This document shows positions 63,746 through 64,000 of a stretch of 64,000 bases of DNA, one piece after another; within the stretch, counting starts at the first letter, position 1, and each line of letters opens with the position of its first letter. Source of the DNA: Eledone cirrhosa (lineage: Eukaryota); the NCBI GenBank assembly GCA_964016885.1, contig OZ024752.1, forward strand, positions 33,542,001 to 33,606,000, in the 5' to 3' direction. The position numbers were made by a program, and so were the translations under genes. A model generated the notes under the pieces. It had not been told where the DNA came from. It worked only from the letters and a program-made list of their open reading frames with translations, and ran no database searches.

Positions 63746-63913
63746 GTTGGGATAAAAATTCCTATGGTTATCATGGAGATGATGGAAATTCATTCTGTTC
63801 CTCTGGAACTGGCCAACCATATGGACCAACTTTTACTACTGGAGATGTCATTGGATGCTGTGTAAATTTGATTGAAAATACATGCTTTTATACAAAAAAT
63901 GGGGTAAATTTAG
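63746..63913 (+). CDS. RANBP9: RanBPM/RANBP9-10 homolog, internal coding exon (168 bp), SPRY domain
   Basis: Acceptor ttttttctatttcag| at 63745, donor |gtaagt at 63914. Encodes (G)[55 protein letters not shown](G), with the canonical SPRY motifs YGYHGDDG and GDVIGC. Confidence 0.96.
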
Positions 63914-64000
63914 GTAAGTGAGAGAAATCTGTTTTGAATTTGATAATGATAATAAATGTATTAACATCATCATCATCATCATTGTTGTTGTTGCTACCAC

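Overview
AT-rich, repeat-dense eukaryotic DNA. The repeat types suggest a cephalopod, probably Octopus, but this is inference. The window is the interior of one + strand gene, a RanBPM/RANBP9-10 (CTLH complex scaffold) homolog. Three GT-AG exons (18598-18709, 50834-50886, 63746-63913; 112, 53 and 168 bp) join in frame into the SPRY domain across 32.1 kb and 12.9 kb introns. The remainder is intronic: tRNA-derived SINEs, RTE and L1/Tx1-type LINE 3' ends, about 12 copies of a TTAA-flanked piggyBac-type MITE, TA-flanked Tc1/mariner MITEs, a Helitron-like element and many mini/microsatellites. The most notable signal is a set of large inverted duplications (16.7-17.0 kb, 53.9-54.4 kb, and more weakly 53.1-53.8 kb). 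Each arm carries a minimal hammerhead-ribozyme motif followed by a poly(A) signal, as in Penelope-like pseudo-LTRs or retrozymes. A second theme is that most larger tandem arrays trace to a piece of a mobile element, including three independent expansions of one 47-48 bp retroposon-borne unit. The long ORFs in those arrays are artefacts of the repeat. No prokaryotic-type system or CRISPR array is supported.
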